The notes under the pieces: model-generated
Told to the model about the DNA's origin: nothing
The model's database searches: none
What the model saw: the letters and a program-made list of their open reading frames with translations, nothing else
Position numbers and translations under genes: made by a program
In this document: positions 36,458 through 44,941 of the stretch, piece after piece
Layout of the letters: each line of letters starts with the position of its first letter
Position numbering within the stretch: position 1 is the stretch's first letter
Assembly: GCA_964556115.1 (NCBI GenBank)
Contig: CAZKVC010000007.1
Location: 3,207 to 67,206 of the forward strand
DNA: 64,000 nucleotides
From: an uncultured Caulobacterales bacterium
GTDB taxonomy: Bacteria; Pseudomonadota; Alphaproteobacteria; Caulobacterales; Parvularculaceae
Direction of reading: 5' to 3'

Positions 36458-37831
36458 TCAGCTTCTCACCCGGTCCGGGCGGGCGCGCATCAGGCCCTCG
36501 ACGATCAGGAAAGACGCGGCCCCGCCAGCAAGTGCGTAAAGGAACGCTCCGGGTACCCCGGCGATCCAGTCGAGCCACACTGTCAGGACGAAGGATACGA
36601 AAAGCGAGGCGAGAACCCCTGTCTCCGCGCGGCTTTTGATGAATAGGCCGACCATCAGCGGCACCACGAGAAGCCCCCCGATCCCTTCGCCTGTCAGGAC
36701 GATCTCGCGCAGGCTCTGCCCGGACGCGGCGATCACGGCGGCAACGAGCCCGGCGCCCATGGTGGCGGTGCGCGCAAGGAACAGCCGCGCCTTCGCCGAG
36801 GCATCCGGGCGCAGGCGCCTGAGGCCGGTTTCGGTCGCGACGGCAGAGGCAGAAAGAAGCGCACTGTCTACGGAGGAAAGAATCGCCGAAAGAAGCGCTC
36901 CGGTGATCACGACATAGAGCCAGACCGGAAGCAGAACGCCCGCAAGGGCCGGGAAGAAGCTGTCGCCCACCGCATCGGTCAGGCCGAGGGCCGGTCCTGT
37001 CAGTCCCAGGAAGACCGGGATGAGGCCGATGCCGAGATAGATCCCGGCGCCCAAGAGCGCGCCTTCACGAGCGACCCTCGGGCTTTTCGCCGCGAGAATC
37101 CGCGAGATCGCCTCCTGCGCCACCACAGTGCCGAAGACCGGCAGGAGCCAAAGCTCCGCTCGCTGAAGGGTGCTTTCGCCCTCGGGCCGCATGGTCCACC
37201 GCTCGCGCGGCACGGCGCTCAGGGCTTCGCCAAGCCCGCCTGCAGCCTGAATGACGATGAAGCCCATGATCAGGAGCCCGACGATCATCACCCCGCCCTG
37301 CAGAATGTCGGTGAGGACATCGCCCTTCAGCCCGCCGAGCCACGTATAGGCGAGAACGATGCCGGTCCCCGCAATGAGCGCGACCGGAAAGCCCAGGCCG
37401 CTGGCATCGGCGAGGGTGACGGCGAGGGCGTTGAGCTGCGCCGCCGCCCAGACGATCGACGCGAGGACGATGATGACCGCAGAGACGCCTTCGACCCGCG
37501 GGCCGAAGCGCGCGCCGAGGAAACCAGCGAGGGTCAAATGTCCATCGCGTCGCAGCTTGACCGCGACCAGCACCGCCAGCGCGATGATGCCGATGGTGTA
37601 ACCGAAGGGCTCGACCCGCGCGCCGGCGAGACCGTCCGATGCGACCTCGGAGGAGGTGGCGATCACGGTCTCTGCGGCAAACCACGTGGCGAAGATCGAA
37701 AGCGCAACAGCGCCGCGCCCGAGGCTACGGCCCGCAACGAGGTAGTCTTCCTCGTCGCTCGTCCCGCGTGCCGCCCAGGCGGCGAGGGCAAGTTGCAGGA
37801 CGACATAGGTGAGAATGGCGAACAGGATCAC
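36458..37831 (-). CDS. Sodium:solute symporter family transporter
   Basis: About 12 TM spans. N-terminal YLVAGRSLG motif of the SSS family. Confidence 0.8.
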   Translation of the reverse strand: MILFAILTYVVLQLALAAWAARGTSDEEDYLVAGRSLGRGAVALSIFATWFAAETVIATSSEVASDGLAGARVEPFGYTIGIIALAVLVAVKLRRDGHLTLAGFLGARFGPRVEGVSAVIIVLASIVWAAAQLNALAVTLADASGLGFPVALIAGTGIVLAYTWLGGLKGDVLTDILQGGVMIVGLLIMGFIVIQAAGGLGEALSAVPRERWTMRPEGESTLQRAELWLLPVFGTVVAQEAISRILAAKSPRVAREGALLGAGIYLGIGLIPVFLGLTGPALGLTDAVGDSFFPALAGVLLPVWLYVVITGALLSAILSSVDSALLSASAVATETGLRRLRPDASAKARLFLARTATMGAGLVAAVIAASGQSLREIVLTGEGIGGLLVVPLMVGLFIKSRAETGVLASLFVSFVLTVWLDWIAGVPGAFLYALAGGAASFLIVEGLMRARPDRVRS

Positions 37832-37858
37832 CCCGGCCTTCTACCGGGGAACGGGGCG

Positions 37859-38746
37859 TCAGGCGAGACCGATTTCGCGCAGGCGCTCATCGAGGAAGCC
37901 TTGACCGGTGATGTCTTCCGCTTCCGATCCGTCCCTGAACTGATCGAAGACCGAGAGCACGGCATCGGGACGGGGGTGCAGGAAGAAGGGCATGGAATAG
38001 CGCGAGACATTCGGCCCGTCGGGGTTGACCACGCGGTGGGTGGTCGCCGGGATCGCATCGTTGGTGATCCGCGCCAGCATGTCCCCGGCATCGGCGACGA
38101 TCGCGTCCGCCGGCGCCTCCATCGCGCGCCACGTACCCTGACGGTCTTTCAGCTCAAGACCCGCAGCAGAGGCCGCAACGAGGAGGGTGATGAGGTTGAT
38201 ATCCTCGTGGGCGGCCGCGCGCACGGCGTTGGGGTCGGCGCCTTCGGGGATCGGGGGGTAGTGAAGGAGCCGCAGGACCGAATTGCCCCCCGCCGCCATC
38301 TTGTCGAACGTGTCTTCGGGAACATCGAGCGGTCCTGTCAGTGCACGGAGAAGGCCGAGGCCGACGCGGTCGAGTTCGCCATAGAGCCACGAGATGTCCC
38401 GCTCGAACGCCTCGGGCCGCTCGGGCCAGACATTCGGGGCGATGGCGTCGCGGCCCACATGCCAGAACTCCTTGAGGTCCGGCACCGGATTGCCCTTGGC
38501 GTTCTCCCGTCCGAAAGCCGTATAGCCCCGCTGCCCGTCGCGCCCGACCACGTAACGCGCCTTCTCGTCTTCCGGCAGAGCGAAGAAGGCTTCGACCGTG
38601 CGGTAGGTATCGTGAAGCCGCGACAGGTCGATGCCGTGATCGGTCAGGACGACAAAGCCCGTCTCGCGCAGGGCGCGGTCGAGAGCGTCGGCTTCGATGC
38701 CGGATTTGAGGCTGAGAACGGGAACGGAAGAAGGCGCGGAGGTCAT
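37859..38746 (-). CDS. 2OG-Fe(II) oxygenase (isopenicillin N synthase family)
   Basis: HxD in AAHEDINLITLL, distal His in ATTHRVVNP, N-terminal non-haem dioxygenase region. Confidence 0.8.
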   Translation of the reverse strand: MTSAPSSVPVLSLKSGIEADALDRALRETGFVVLTDHGIDLSRLHDTYRTVEAFFALPEDEKARYVVGRDGQRGYTAFGRENAKGNPVPDLKEFWHVGRDAIAPNVWPERPEAFERDISWLYGELDRVGLGLLRALTGPLDVPEDTFDKMAAGGNSVLRLLHYPPIPEGADPNAVRAAAHEDINLITLLVAASAAGLELKDRQGTWRAMEAPADAIVADAGDMLARITNDAIPATTHRVVNPDGPNVSRYSMPFFLHPRPDAVLSVFDQFRDGSEAEDITGQGFLDERLREIGLA

Positions 38747-38806
38747 GCCGCGCCGCTATCACCGGGCAGCGCAAAGGAAAAGACCGCTTACGCGGCCACC
38801 GGACTT

Positions 38807-39199
38807 CTACGGACGGGCGAGTTTGCTTTGAAGCGCGGCAATCAGGTTCCGCGCCCTGCGCCTGTTGACGCCGAAATCGCCATAGCCGACCCGGCTGCGC
38901 GAAAAGACAGCCAGGCTGCTGCCCCCTTCGCTCGGAACGACGTTCACATCGACATCGTCCCTGAAAACCAAAACCTGCTCGGTATAGCGCAGGGCCAGCC
39001 TGCCCTCGTCGGTCTCGATCCCGGTGGCCTTGGCTTCGGCCTCGAGGTGCTGCTTCAGCGCGGCGAAAAGCTCGGCGGGCGGTGCCCCGAAGACAGGGGC
39101 CTCCTCGTCCGCGTCCATGCGGAAACCGGCAGGGGCGATAAGCCAGCGATTGGGTTTCGAGCCCTTGTCGGCGGTGCGCAGGTCGGCAGGCTCGTTCAT
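38807..39199 (-). CDS. DUF1499 family protein
   Basis: KPNRWLIAP...FRDDVDV...SRSRVGYGDFGVNRRR pattern. 4-nt overlap with the fpr stop. Confidence 0.6.
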   Translation of the reverse strand: MNEPADLRTADKGSKPNRWLIAPAGFRMDADEEAPVFGAPPAELFAALKQHLEAEAKATGIETDEGRLALRYTEQVLVFRDDVDVNVVPSEGGSSLAVFSRSRVGYGDFGVNRRRARNLIAALQSKLARP

Positions 39200-40008
39200 C
39201 CGGCAAAGGCCTTCTCGATGACGAACTCGGCAGGCTGAGCGTTCGACCCCTCGGTGAGGCCCGCTTTTTCCATCAGCGCCTTGGTGTCCTGGATCATCTC
39301 CATCGAACCGCAGATCATCGCCCGGTCGACGGCCGGGTCGAGGGGCGGCACGCCAAGGTCGGCGAAGAGCTGGCCGTTCTCGATCAGGTTGGTGATACGG
39401 CCCTTGTGGGTGTGCTCTTCGCGGGTGCAGCTCGTGTAATGGCGAAGCTTGCCCGCCGCCATTTCGCCGATCAGCGGGTCCTTGATGAGATTGTCCGCCA
39501 TCTCCACCGAATAGGCGAGTTCATTCACCTGCCGGCAGGTATGGGTAATGATGACCTCGTCGAATTTCTCATAGGTCTCGGGGTCGCGCATCACGCTGGC
39601 GAAGGGCGCAAAGCCGGTGCCCGTCGAGAACATATAGAGCCTCTTGCCCGGGGTCAGCGCGTCGAGCACCAGGGTGCCCGTTGGCTTCTTGCCGAGGAGG
39701 ATGTCGTCGCCGGGCTTGATCTTCTGAAGGACGCTGGTGAGAGGACCGTCCGGCACCTTGATCGAGAAGAACTCGAGCTCTTCGTCCCAGGCGGGCGATG
39801 CCACCGAATAGGCGCGCAGGAGCGGTTTGCCGTTGTCCTGCATCAGCCCGATCATGACGAACTCGCCCGAGCGGAAACGGAAGCTCTGGGGCCGCGTGAT
39901 GCGGAATTTGAACAGCCGGTCGGTGTAGTGATGCACCGACAGCACCTTCTCGACGCTGGCGAGCTTGGGGTTCACTTGCGGCTTCTCGGCGGTCGCGGTC
40001 TCACTCAC
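39196..40008 (-). CDS. fpr: Ferredoxin-NADP+ reductase
   Basis: RAYSVAS FAD motif and LYMFSTGTGFAPF NADP motif. The likely GTG start (VSETATAEK) at about 40008 was read by hand; the track ORF extends to 40164. Confidence 0.85.
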   Translation of the reverse strand: MSETATAEKPQVNPKLASVEKVLSVHHYTDRLFKFRITRPQSFRFRSGEFVMIGLMQDNGKPLLRAYSVASPAWDEELEFFSIKVPDGPLTSVLQKIKPGDDILLGKKPTGTLVLDALTPGKRLYMFSTGTGFAPFASVMRDPETYEKFDEVIITHTCRQVNELAYSVEMADNLIKDPLIGEMAAGKLRHYTSCTREEHTHKGRITNLIENGQLFADLGVPPLDPAVDRAMICGSMEMIQDTKALMEKAGLTEGSNAQPAEFVIEKAFAG

Positions 40009-40088
40009 GGGCAATCTCTCAACGGTTCCTGCTGCGCCGCACATAGGACGGCTGGCCATGAGATGCCAGTGGGGCAAGGCGGCACCCC

Positions 40089-40535
40089 TCAGTCGGCGCG
40101 CTCCACCGCTGCCGCCCCCGGGCCTCTTGCGGCCAGCCGGTCTTCGGCATTGTAGAGCGGGCATTTGTCCATCGAGAGGCAGCCGCAGCCGATGCAGCCG
40201 TCCAGATAGTCGCGCAGGCGCTCCATCCTGCCGATCCTCGCCTGAAGATCGGCGCGCCAGTCCTCGGCCAGCCGCGACCAGTCGGCCTTCTTCGCCGGAC
40301 GGTCGAGGGGCAGGAAGGCGAGCCGCTCCTTGATCTCGGCCAAGGGGATGCCGAGGCCTTGCGCGGCGCGGATGATGCCCAGGCGGCGCAGGGTGATCCG
40401 GTCATAGCGGCGCTGGTTGCCCGAGGTGCGCCACGAGGCGATCAGGCCCTCGCGCTCATAGTAGTGGAGCGCCGAGACGCTCATGCCGGCCCGCTCGGCG
40501 GCTTCCCTGGGGGTCAGTGCGGAAGGGATTGCCAT
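40089..40535 (-). CDS. soxR: Redox-sensitive MerR-family activator SoxR
   Basis: LTPREAAERAGMSVSALHYYEREGLI HTH and the [2Fe-2S] Cys cluster CIGCGCLSMDKCPLYN. Start trimmed to MAIPSA. Confidence 0.85.
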   Translation of the reverse strand: MAIPSALTPREAAERAGMSVSALHYYEREGLIASWRTSGNQRRYDRITLRRLGIIRAAQGLGIPLAEIKERLAFLPLDRPAKKADWSRLAEDWRADLQARIGRMERLRDYLDGCIGCGCLSMDKCPLYNAEDRLAARGPGAAAVERAD

Positions 40536-40540
40536 GAACC

Positions 40541-40571
40541 TTGACCTCAACTTGGCTTGAGGTTTCATAAC
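40541..40571 (+). promoter_or_regulatory. SoxR-box promoter with 19-bp spacer
   Basis: TTGACC, then a 19-bp spacer containing ACCTCAA-cttggc-TTGAGGT, then CATAAC. Very close to the E. coli soxS operator ACCTCAAGTTAACTTGAGG. Faces the plus strand. Confidence 0.6.
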
Positions 40572-40779
40572 CCGGTCTCCTTGAACGCGAAAGCCCCGGA
40601 GACAACGATGCTCAAACTCCCTGAACCCAAGGGACTGAAACGCCCACCGGCCGATCCGGCGCGAGCGGAACCGGACCGGCGGCCCTGGTGGTGGGGCACG
40701 GCGCAGCTTGGGCGTCTTGGCTTTCCGCCGAAATGACGGCAGTTCGGTCTTCTAAAGGATCAGCCTTGGGGAGACCATC

Positions 40780-41697
40780 ATGACCACGATCAGTTTCGAC
40801 AACCGTGTCGCCATCGTCACCGGCGCGGGCACGGGCCTCGGGCGCAGCCACGCCCTCGCCCTTGCAAAGCGCGGGGTGAAGGTCGTGGTCAATGATCTCG
40901 GCGGCTCGGTTTCGGGTGAGGGTGCCTCGTCCGAAGCGGCCGAGAAGGTGGTCGAGGAGATCAAGGCAGCTGGCGGCGAGGCTATCGCCAATGGCGCGTC
41001 GGTCACCGATCCCGATGCCGTGGGCGCCATGGTCGACCAGGCGCTCTCCGCCTTCGGCAAGGTGGATATCCTGGTGAACAATGCCGGGGTCTTACGCGAC
41101 AAGAGCTTCTCGAAGATGTCGCTGGACGATTTCCGCTTCGTCCTCGACGTCCATCTGATGGGCTCGGTGATCTGCACCAAGGCGGTCTGGGACCATATGC
41201 GCGAGCGGGAGTTCGGCCGTATCGTCATGACCTCCTCGAGCTCCGGCATCTACGGTAATTTCGGCCAGTCGAACTACGGCGCGGCGAAGATGGGCCTCGT
41301 CGGGCTGATGAACGTGCTGCATATCGAAGGCCGGGCCAAGGGCATCCATGTGAACACCCTCGCCCCGACGGCGGCAACGCGGATGACCGAGGGGCTGATC
41401 CCGGACAACATCTTCAAGCTGATGACCCCTGAATCGGTCACCGCTGCGCTTCTCTACCTTTGCGCCGACGAAGCGCCGCAGCGGCTGATCCTCGCCGCGG
41501 GCGCGGGCGGCTATGCTGCGACGCGGATCACCGAGACCGACGGGATCTATCTCTCCGAAGGCGAGCAGACCCCCGAAGCCATCGCGGAGCGGATGGACCA
41601 GCTTCTCGACCGTGAGGGCGAAGAGATGCTGGAAGAGGGCTCGGGCCAGACGATGAAGTTCGTGCAGAAGGCCATGGCGGCCGCCGAAAAGGGCTGA
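40780..41697 (+). CDS. SDR family oxidoreductase (multifunctional-enzyme-type hydroxyacyl-CoA dehydrogenase-like)
   Basis: VAIVTGAGTGLGRSHAL, NNAG, and the catalytic YGAAK. Confidence 0.85.
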   Translation: MTTISFDNRVAIVTGAGTGLGRSHALALAKRGVKVVVNDLGGSVSGEGASSEAAEKVVEEIKAAGGEAIANGASVTDPDAVGAMVDQALSAFGKVDILVNNAGVLRDKSFSKMSLDDFRFVLDVHLMGSVICTKAVWDHMREREFGRIVMTSSSSGIYGNFGQSNYGAAKMGLVGLMNVLHIEGRAKGIHVNTLAPTAATRMTEGLIPDNIFKLMTPESVTAALLYLCADEAPQRLILAAGAGGYAATRITETDGIYLSEGEQTPEAIAERMDQLLDREGEEMLEEGSGQTMKFVQKAMAAAEKG

Positions 41698-41707
41698 CCC
41701 CGACGGC

Positions 41708-42502
41708 TCAGTGCGCGCGCGCTCTTTGTTCCTTTTCCGAAACGAGCTGCGCGCCACCGGAATCTTCCGTGGTCTGCTCCAGACGGTGAAGGGTGCCGCC
41801 CACGACACCGGGGCGCCGTTCTGCGAAGAGGGCATCGAAGGCGTCCACCTGCCCGGCCATCCGCCGACGCGCGGCAAGATCGAGGCAGCGGGCCGTCTCC
41901 ACGAGGAGGGCGGCGAGGACTTCGGGCCTCTGCTTGTCCTTGCGGTCGGTGGTGGCCGTGACGGGAAGGCCCTGGCTCTCCGCGAAGCGGTGGAGCGCGG
42001 GCTCGCTGGCCGGGGTGCCTTCGCCCAGGGCCGCAAAGGGCAGCCCCGCTTCGAGGGCCGCGAAGGCATGGACATGGGCTGCGGTCACAGCGGGGCTGTT
42101 GTCGTCGAAGGCATCGAGAAGCGCCGTCAGGTCATCGAACGGCTCTGCGGTCGCGCTTGAGGGGGCGAGGCTGATGACCACCGGCCGGCATTCGCATTGC
42201 AGCCGCCAGAGGTCGAGATCGGCGACCAGCGCCTCCACCTTCTCCCACAGGGTCAGCCGCTCACGCAGGAAGCTTTCCCGGCTTTCGGTGCTGATGGGCG
42301 GAAAGCTCCTCAAGCCTTCGGCCGGTTCGGAGAACCAGCCTGCAAGCTGGATGTCGTCATAGGGCGCAAGATCCGCCCTTTCGCCGATCGGCAGCTCGTC
42401 GGGTGCGACGCCCCCGCGGGTGATGCGGCGCACCGCGTGGAGAATGGCGGTTTCACGACCAAGGGCAGGGCCGCAAAAAGCGATGCCGAGGCTTCGGGAC
42501 AT
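41708..42502 (-). CDS. Hypothetical protein
   Basis: Coherent ORF from MSRSLGIAFCGP (track start 42595). No family recognised. Confidence 0.45.
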   Translation of the reverse strand: MSRSLGIAFCGPALGRETAILHAVRRITRGGVAPDELPIGERADLAPYDDIQLAGWFSEPAEGLRSFPPISTESRESFLRERLTLWEKVEALVADLDLWRLQCECRPVVISLAPSSATAEPFDDLTALLDAFDDNSPAVTAAHVHAFAALEAGLPFAALGEGTPASEPALHRFAESQGLPVTATTDRKDKQRPEVLAALLVETARCLDLAARRRMAGQVDAFDALFAERRPGVVGGTLHRLEQTTEDSGGAQLVSEKEQRARAH

Positions 42503-42727
42503 GGACAAGGGCTCCTTCGTACGGGACAGGTCTGCGGGATGGGGAACGCAAAACGCTCGGTCCGCCGAAGGATGCCCGCGAAAGGCAGCGGGCATGGCTT
42601 GGCCTTGCGACGACGGCCTTGGGGAAAAAGACTATGTCCGGGTGCGCTGCCACGTAAAGCGATTAGAAGGTTCCCTCGGGTGCCCATTCAAGGCCGCTAA
42701 ACCCCTGACAGGACGGCATTTCTGGCT

Positions 42728-42743
42728 TTAAACTCAGCTTGAC
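42728..42743 (+). promoter_or_regulatory. TTAAACTCAGCTTGAC element upstream of fliK (CtrA-box-like, overlaps a -35-like TTGAC)
   Basis: 13 of 16 nt identical to the element upstream of flhA. 42 nt before the fliK ATG. Confidence 0.4.
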
Positions 42744-42784
42744 CGGAATGGGCTTCCCTACCTTGTGAAGAGGAGTGTCCGCCG

Positions 42785-43870
42785 ATGGTCGATACCGCCA
42801 TCCTGACTGGAGCCAGAGCGCAGACCGTGACCCCCGCCCGTTCCGCCCAGCGCGACGGCAGCGGCGAAGGTGCGCAAGGAGAGGGCGGGTTCGCCTCGCT
42901 TCTCAATGTGGTGGAACAGATCGCGGCGCTCGGCGGGCTCGTTCTTCCGCAAGGCCAGGCACCCGTGCCGCCGCGCCAGGCCATGGCTGCCGAAGCGAAC
43001 GCGGCCCCCGTGCAGAAGGGCGGCCTCGGCGCCGAGCTGACCGCCCTCATCCATCAGCGCGTCGGCCAGGTGGTCTCTGCAGGAAACGGCGCTGCCGCCG
43101 AAGGCGAAGGCACGAAGCTGCCCGTTCCGCCGCGCGCCGCGCCCTTATCGCCTTCGGGCCTTCGCCCCGAGAAGGGCGATGCCCGCCTTCCAGGTCAGCT
43201 CCCCGAGCCGAAGCTCGGCGATGGCCAGCCCGTGCCGCCAAGGGCGCAGGACCGCTCGGACTTCCTGATGAGCCGCTTTGCCACCAGGAACGCCTTCCAG
43301 TCCGGCACCGAAACAGCCGCTCTCCAGCGCGGTGTTCAGGCGGCGGATCTTCTGCCTCAGAAATCATCAGCAGGCGACGGCCAGCCGCCCGTGCGGCTTG
43401 AAACCCAGGTCGCCGCGTCGCCCCGGCTCGATGCTGCCATCCAGCAGCATGCGAGCCCCGAGACCTCCAACCCGGTGGTCCGGCAGGTCGCGACCAACCT
43501 TCAATTCGTCGCCCGCGGACAGATGGAGCGCCTGCGCGTCGATCTTCATCCAGAAGAACTCGGGCGGGTGCAGATCGAGCTTCAGAAAAGCGGTACCGTT
43601 ACCAGGCTGACGATCGTCACCGAAACCGCCCAGGCCTTCGAGGCCCTGCAGCGCGGCGCCTCGGGCCTTCAGCAGTCCCTCAGCCAGGCAGGCTTCGATA
43701 CCGAGGACATGCGCTTCGAGCACAAGGATGGCCGCGGCGAAGACCATCAGGACACGGCCGATGAACGCCGTGAACGCTCCGAACGGGATCGAAACCGCCG
43801 TGAAGACGAAGCCCGCCGCGAAGTCCTCATCCGCCCGGCAGGTCCCGCCGACCGCCGCGTCTTTCTTTAA
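42785..43870 (+). CDS. fliK: Flagellar hook-length control protein
   Basis: C-terminal Flg_hook region LRVDLHPEELGRVQIELQKSGTVTRLTIVTETAQAFEALQ. Pro/Ala-rich N-terminal half. Position before flgD. Confidence 0.75.
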   Translation: MVDTAILTGARAQTVTPARSAQRDGSGEGAQGEGGFASLLNVVEQIAALGGLVLPQGQAPVPPRQAMAAEANAAPVQKGGLGAELTALIHQRVGQVVSAGNGAAAEGEGTKLPVPPRAAPLSPSGLRPEKGDARLPGQLPEPKLGDGQPVPPRAQDRSDFLMSRFATRNAFQSGTETAALQRGVQAADLLPQKSSAGDGQPPVRLETQVAASPRLDAAIQQHASPETSNPVVRQVATNLQFVARGQMERLRVDLHPEELGRVQIELQKSGTVTRLTIVTETAQAFEALQRGASGLQQSLSQAGFDTEDMRFEHKDGRGEDHQDTADERRERSERDRNRREDEARREVLIRPAGPADRRVFL

Positions 43871-43888
43871 TTTCCGAAGGGTCTCCCC

Positions 43889-44578
43889 ATGAGCACCATC
43901 TCGCCGATCAGCAACAATCCTCTCGCCGCGACAGAGGAGAGCCGCGCCAGCGTCGCCCGCTCGGCCCTGACCGACAACATGGACACCTTCCTGAAGCTTC
44001 TCACCAAGCAGCTTCAGAACCAGGACCCGATGCAGCCGATGGACACGAACCAGTTCGTCGACCAGCTCACGCAGTTCTCCGAGCTTGAGCAGGGGGTCGA
44101 GCAATCGGCGCTTCTGGAGAAGATCGCGAACGGCGTCGGCGGTAGTGACCGGCAGGCGGATATCGGTCTTCTCGGCCGGGTGGTCGAGGCGGAGAGCGAC
44201 ATCCTGCCCTACGACCCGCAGAACGGCGTCCGCTTCGCCTATGAGATCACCGCCCCTGTCGAAGAGGCGGAGATGCGGATCTTCGACGAGAGCGGCACCC
44301 TGGTCGCCAGCTTCGAGGTGGACGGCAAGCTTGGACGCTACGGCGCGGCATGGGACGGCACCATGGATGCCGGCGGCAAGGCGCCGGCCGGTCTCTACCA
44401 AGCCCAGCTGGTGACCACCAGCGAGGAGGGCACTGAGGCCCTGGCCGGCAAGATCCTGTCCGGCGGCACGGTGCGCGAGGTCCGCTTCGAGGACGGCGAC
44501 ACCAAGCTCATCCTCGATCAGGGCATGACCATCGGCACCGATGCGATCACCCGCGTGGCGCTGCCCGCCGCGGCCTGA
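43889..44578 (+). CDS. flgD: Flagellar hook capping/assembly protein
   Basis: FLKLLTKQLQNQDPMQPMDTNQFVDQLTQFSELEQ motif. Confidence 0.85.
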   Translation: MSTISPISNNPLAATEESRASVARSALTDNMDTFLKLLTKQLQNQDPMQPMDTNQFVDQLTQFSELEQGVEQSALLEKIANGVGGSDRQADIGLLGRVVEAESDILPYDPQNGVRFAYEITAPVEEAEMRIFDESGTLVASFEVDGKLGRYGAAWDGTMDAGGKAPAGLYQAQLVTTSEEGTEALAGKILSGGTVREVRFEDGDTKLILDQGMTIGTDAITRVALPAAA

Positions 44579-44870
44579 ACCCTTCGGCGGCGGCTGAACG
44601 ATCGCGCTGCCGGAAGCCTGCCTGAAGACGTGAAAATCGCGCCCGTGAAGCTGCATCCGCACGCTTCGGGCGCAATTCACTTTTCCGCCACAAACCCCTT
44701 TCCAAGGAGAGGCGCCAAAGCCTATCTATCGCGACCCGCCGTCGCCTCGCCCCATATGTGAGCGCCCACTCACCGGTGAAGCGCCTCGACGGATGTGACC
44801 GGAGGTCATCCGCGGTCCCGCGCCCATCATGGCTGTGCCCCCAGCCCGGCGCGGACCGGACTTTCGGTAA

Positions 44871-44920
44871 AGGCGGCCGGTGCTTTCCTCCCCTGACACC
44901 CGCACCGGCCGCCTTTTCTT
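44871..44920 (+). terminator. Terminator-like hairpin after the fliK-flgD operon
   Basis: AGGCGGCCGGTGC, 18-nt loop, GCACCGGCCGCCT, followed by TTTCTT. Confidence 0.5.
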
Positions 44921-44941
44921 CCTTCTACGGAGAGAGAAAGT

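Noticed and set aside
37538-39238. 566-aa plus ORF and 350-aa minus ORF (38154..39206)
   Set aside because: They are shadows of the 2OG oxygenase and DUF1499 genes, with low-complexity Arg/Gly-rich translations.
42595-42608. Sigma54-like TGGCTTGGCCTTGC upstream of fliK
   Set aside because: The GG-to-GC spacing is one nt short of the TGGCAC-N5-TTGC consensus, and no enhancer-binding protein gene is nearby. I treat it as a chance match.
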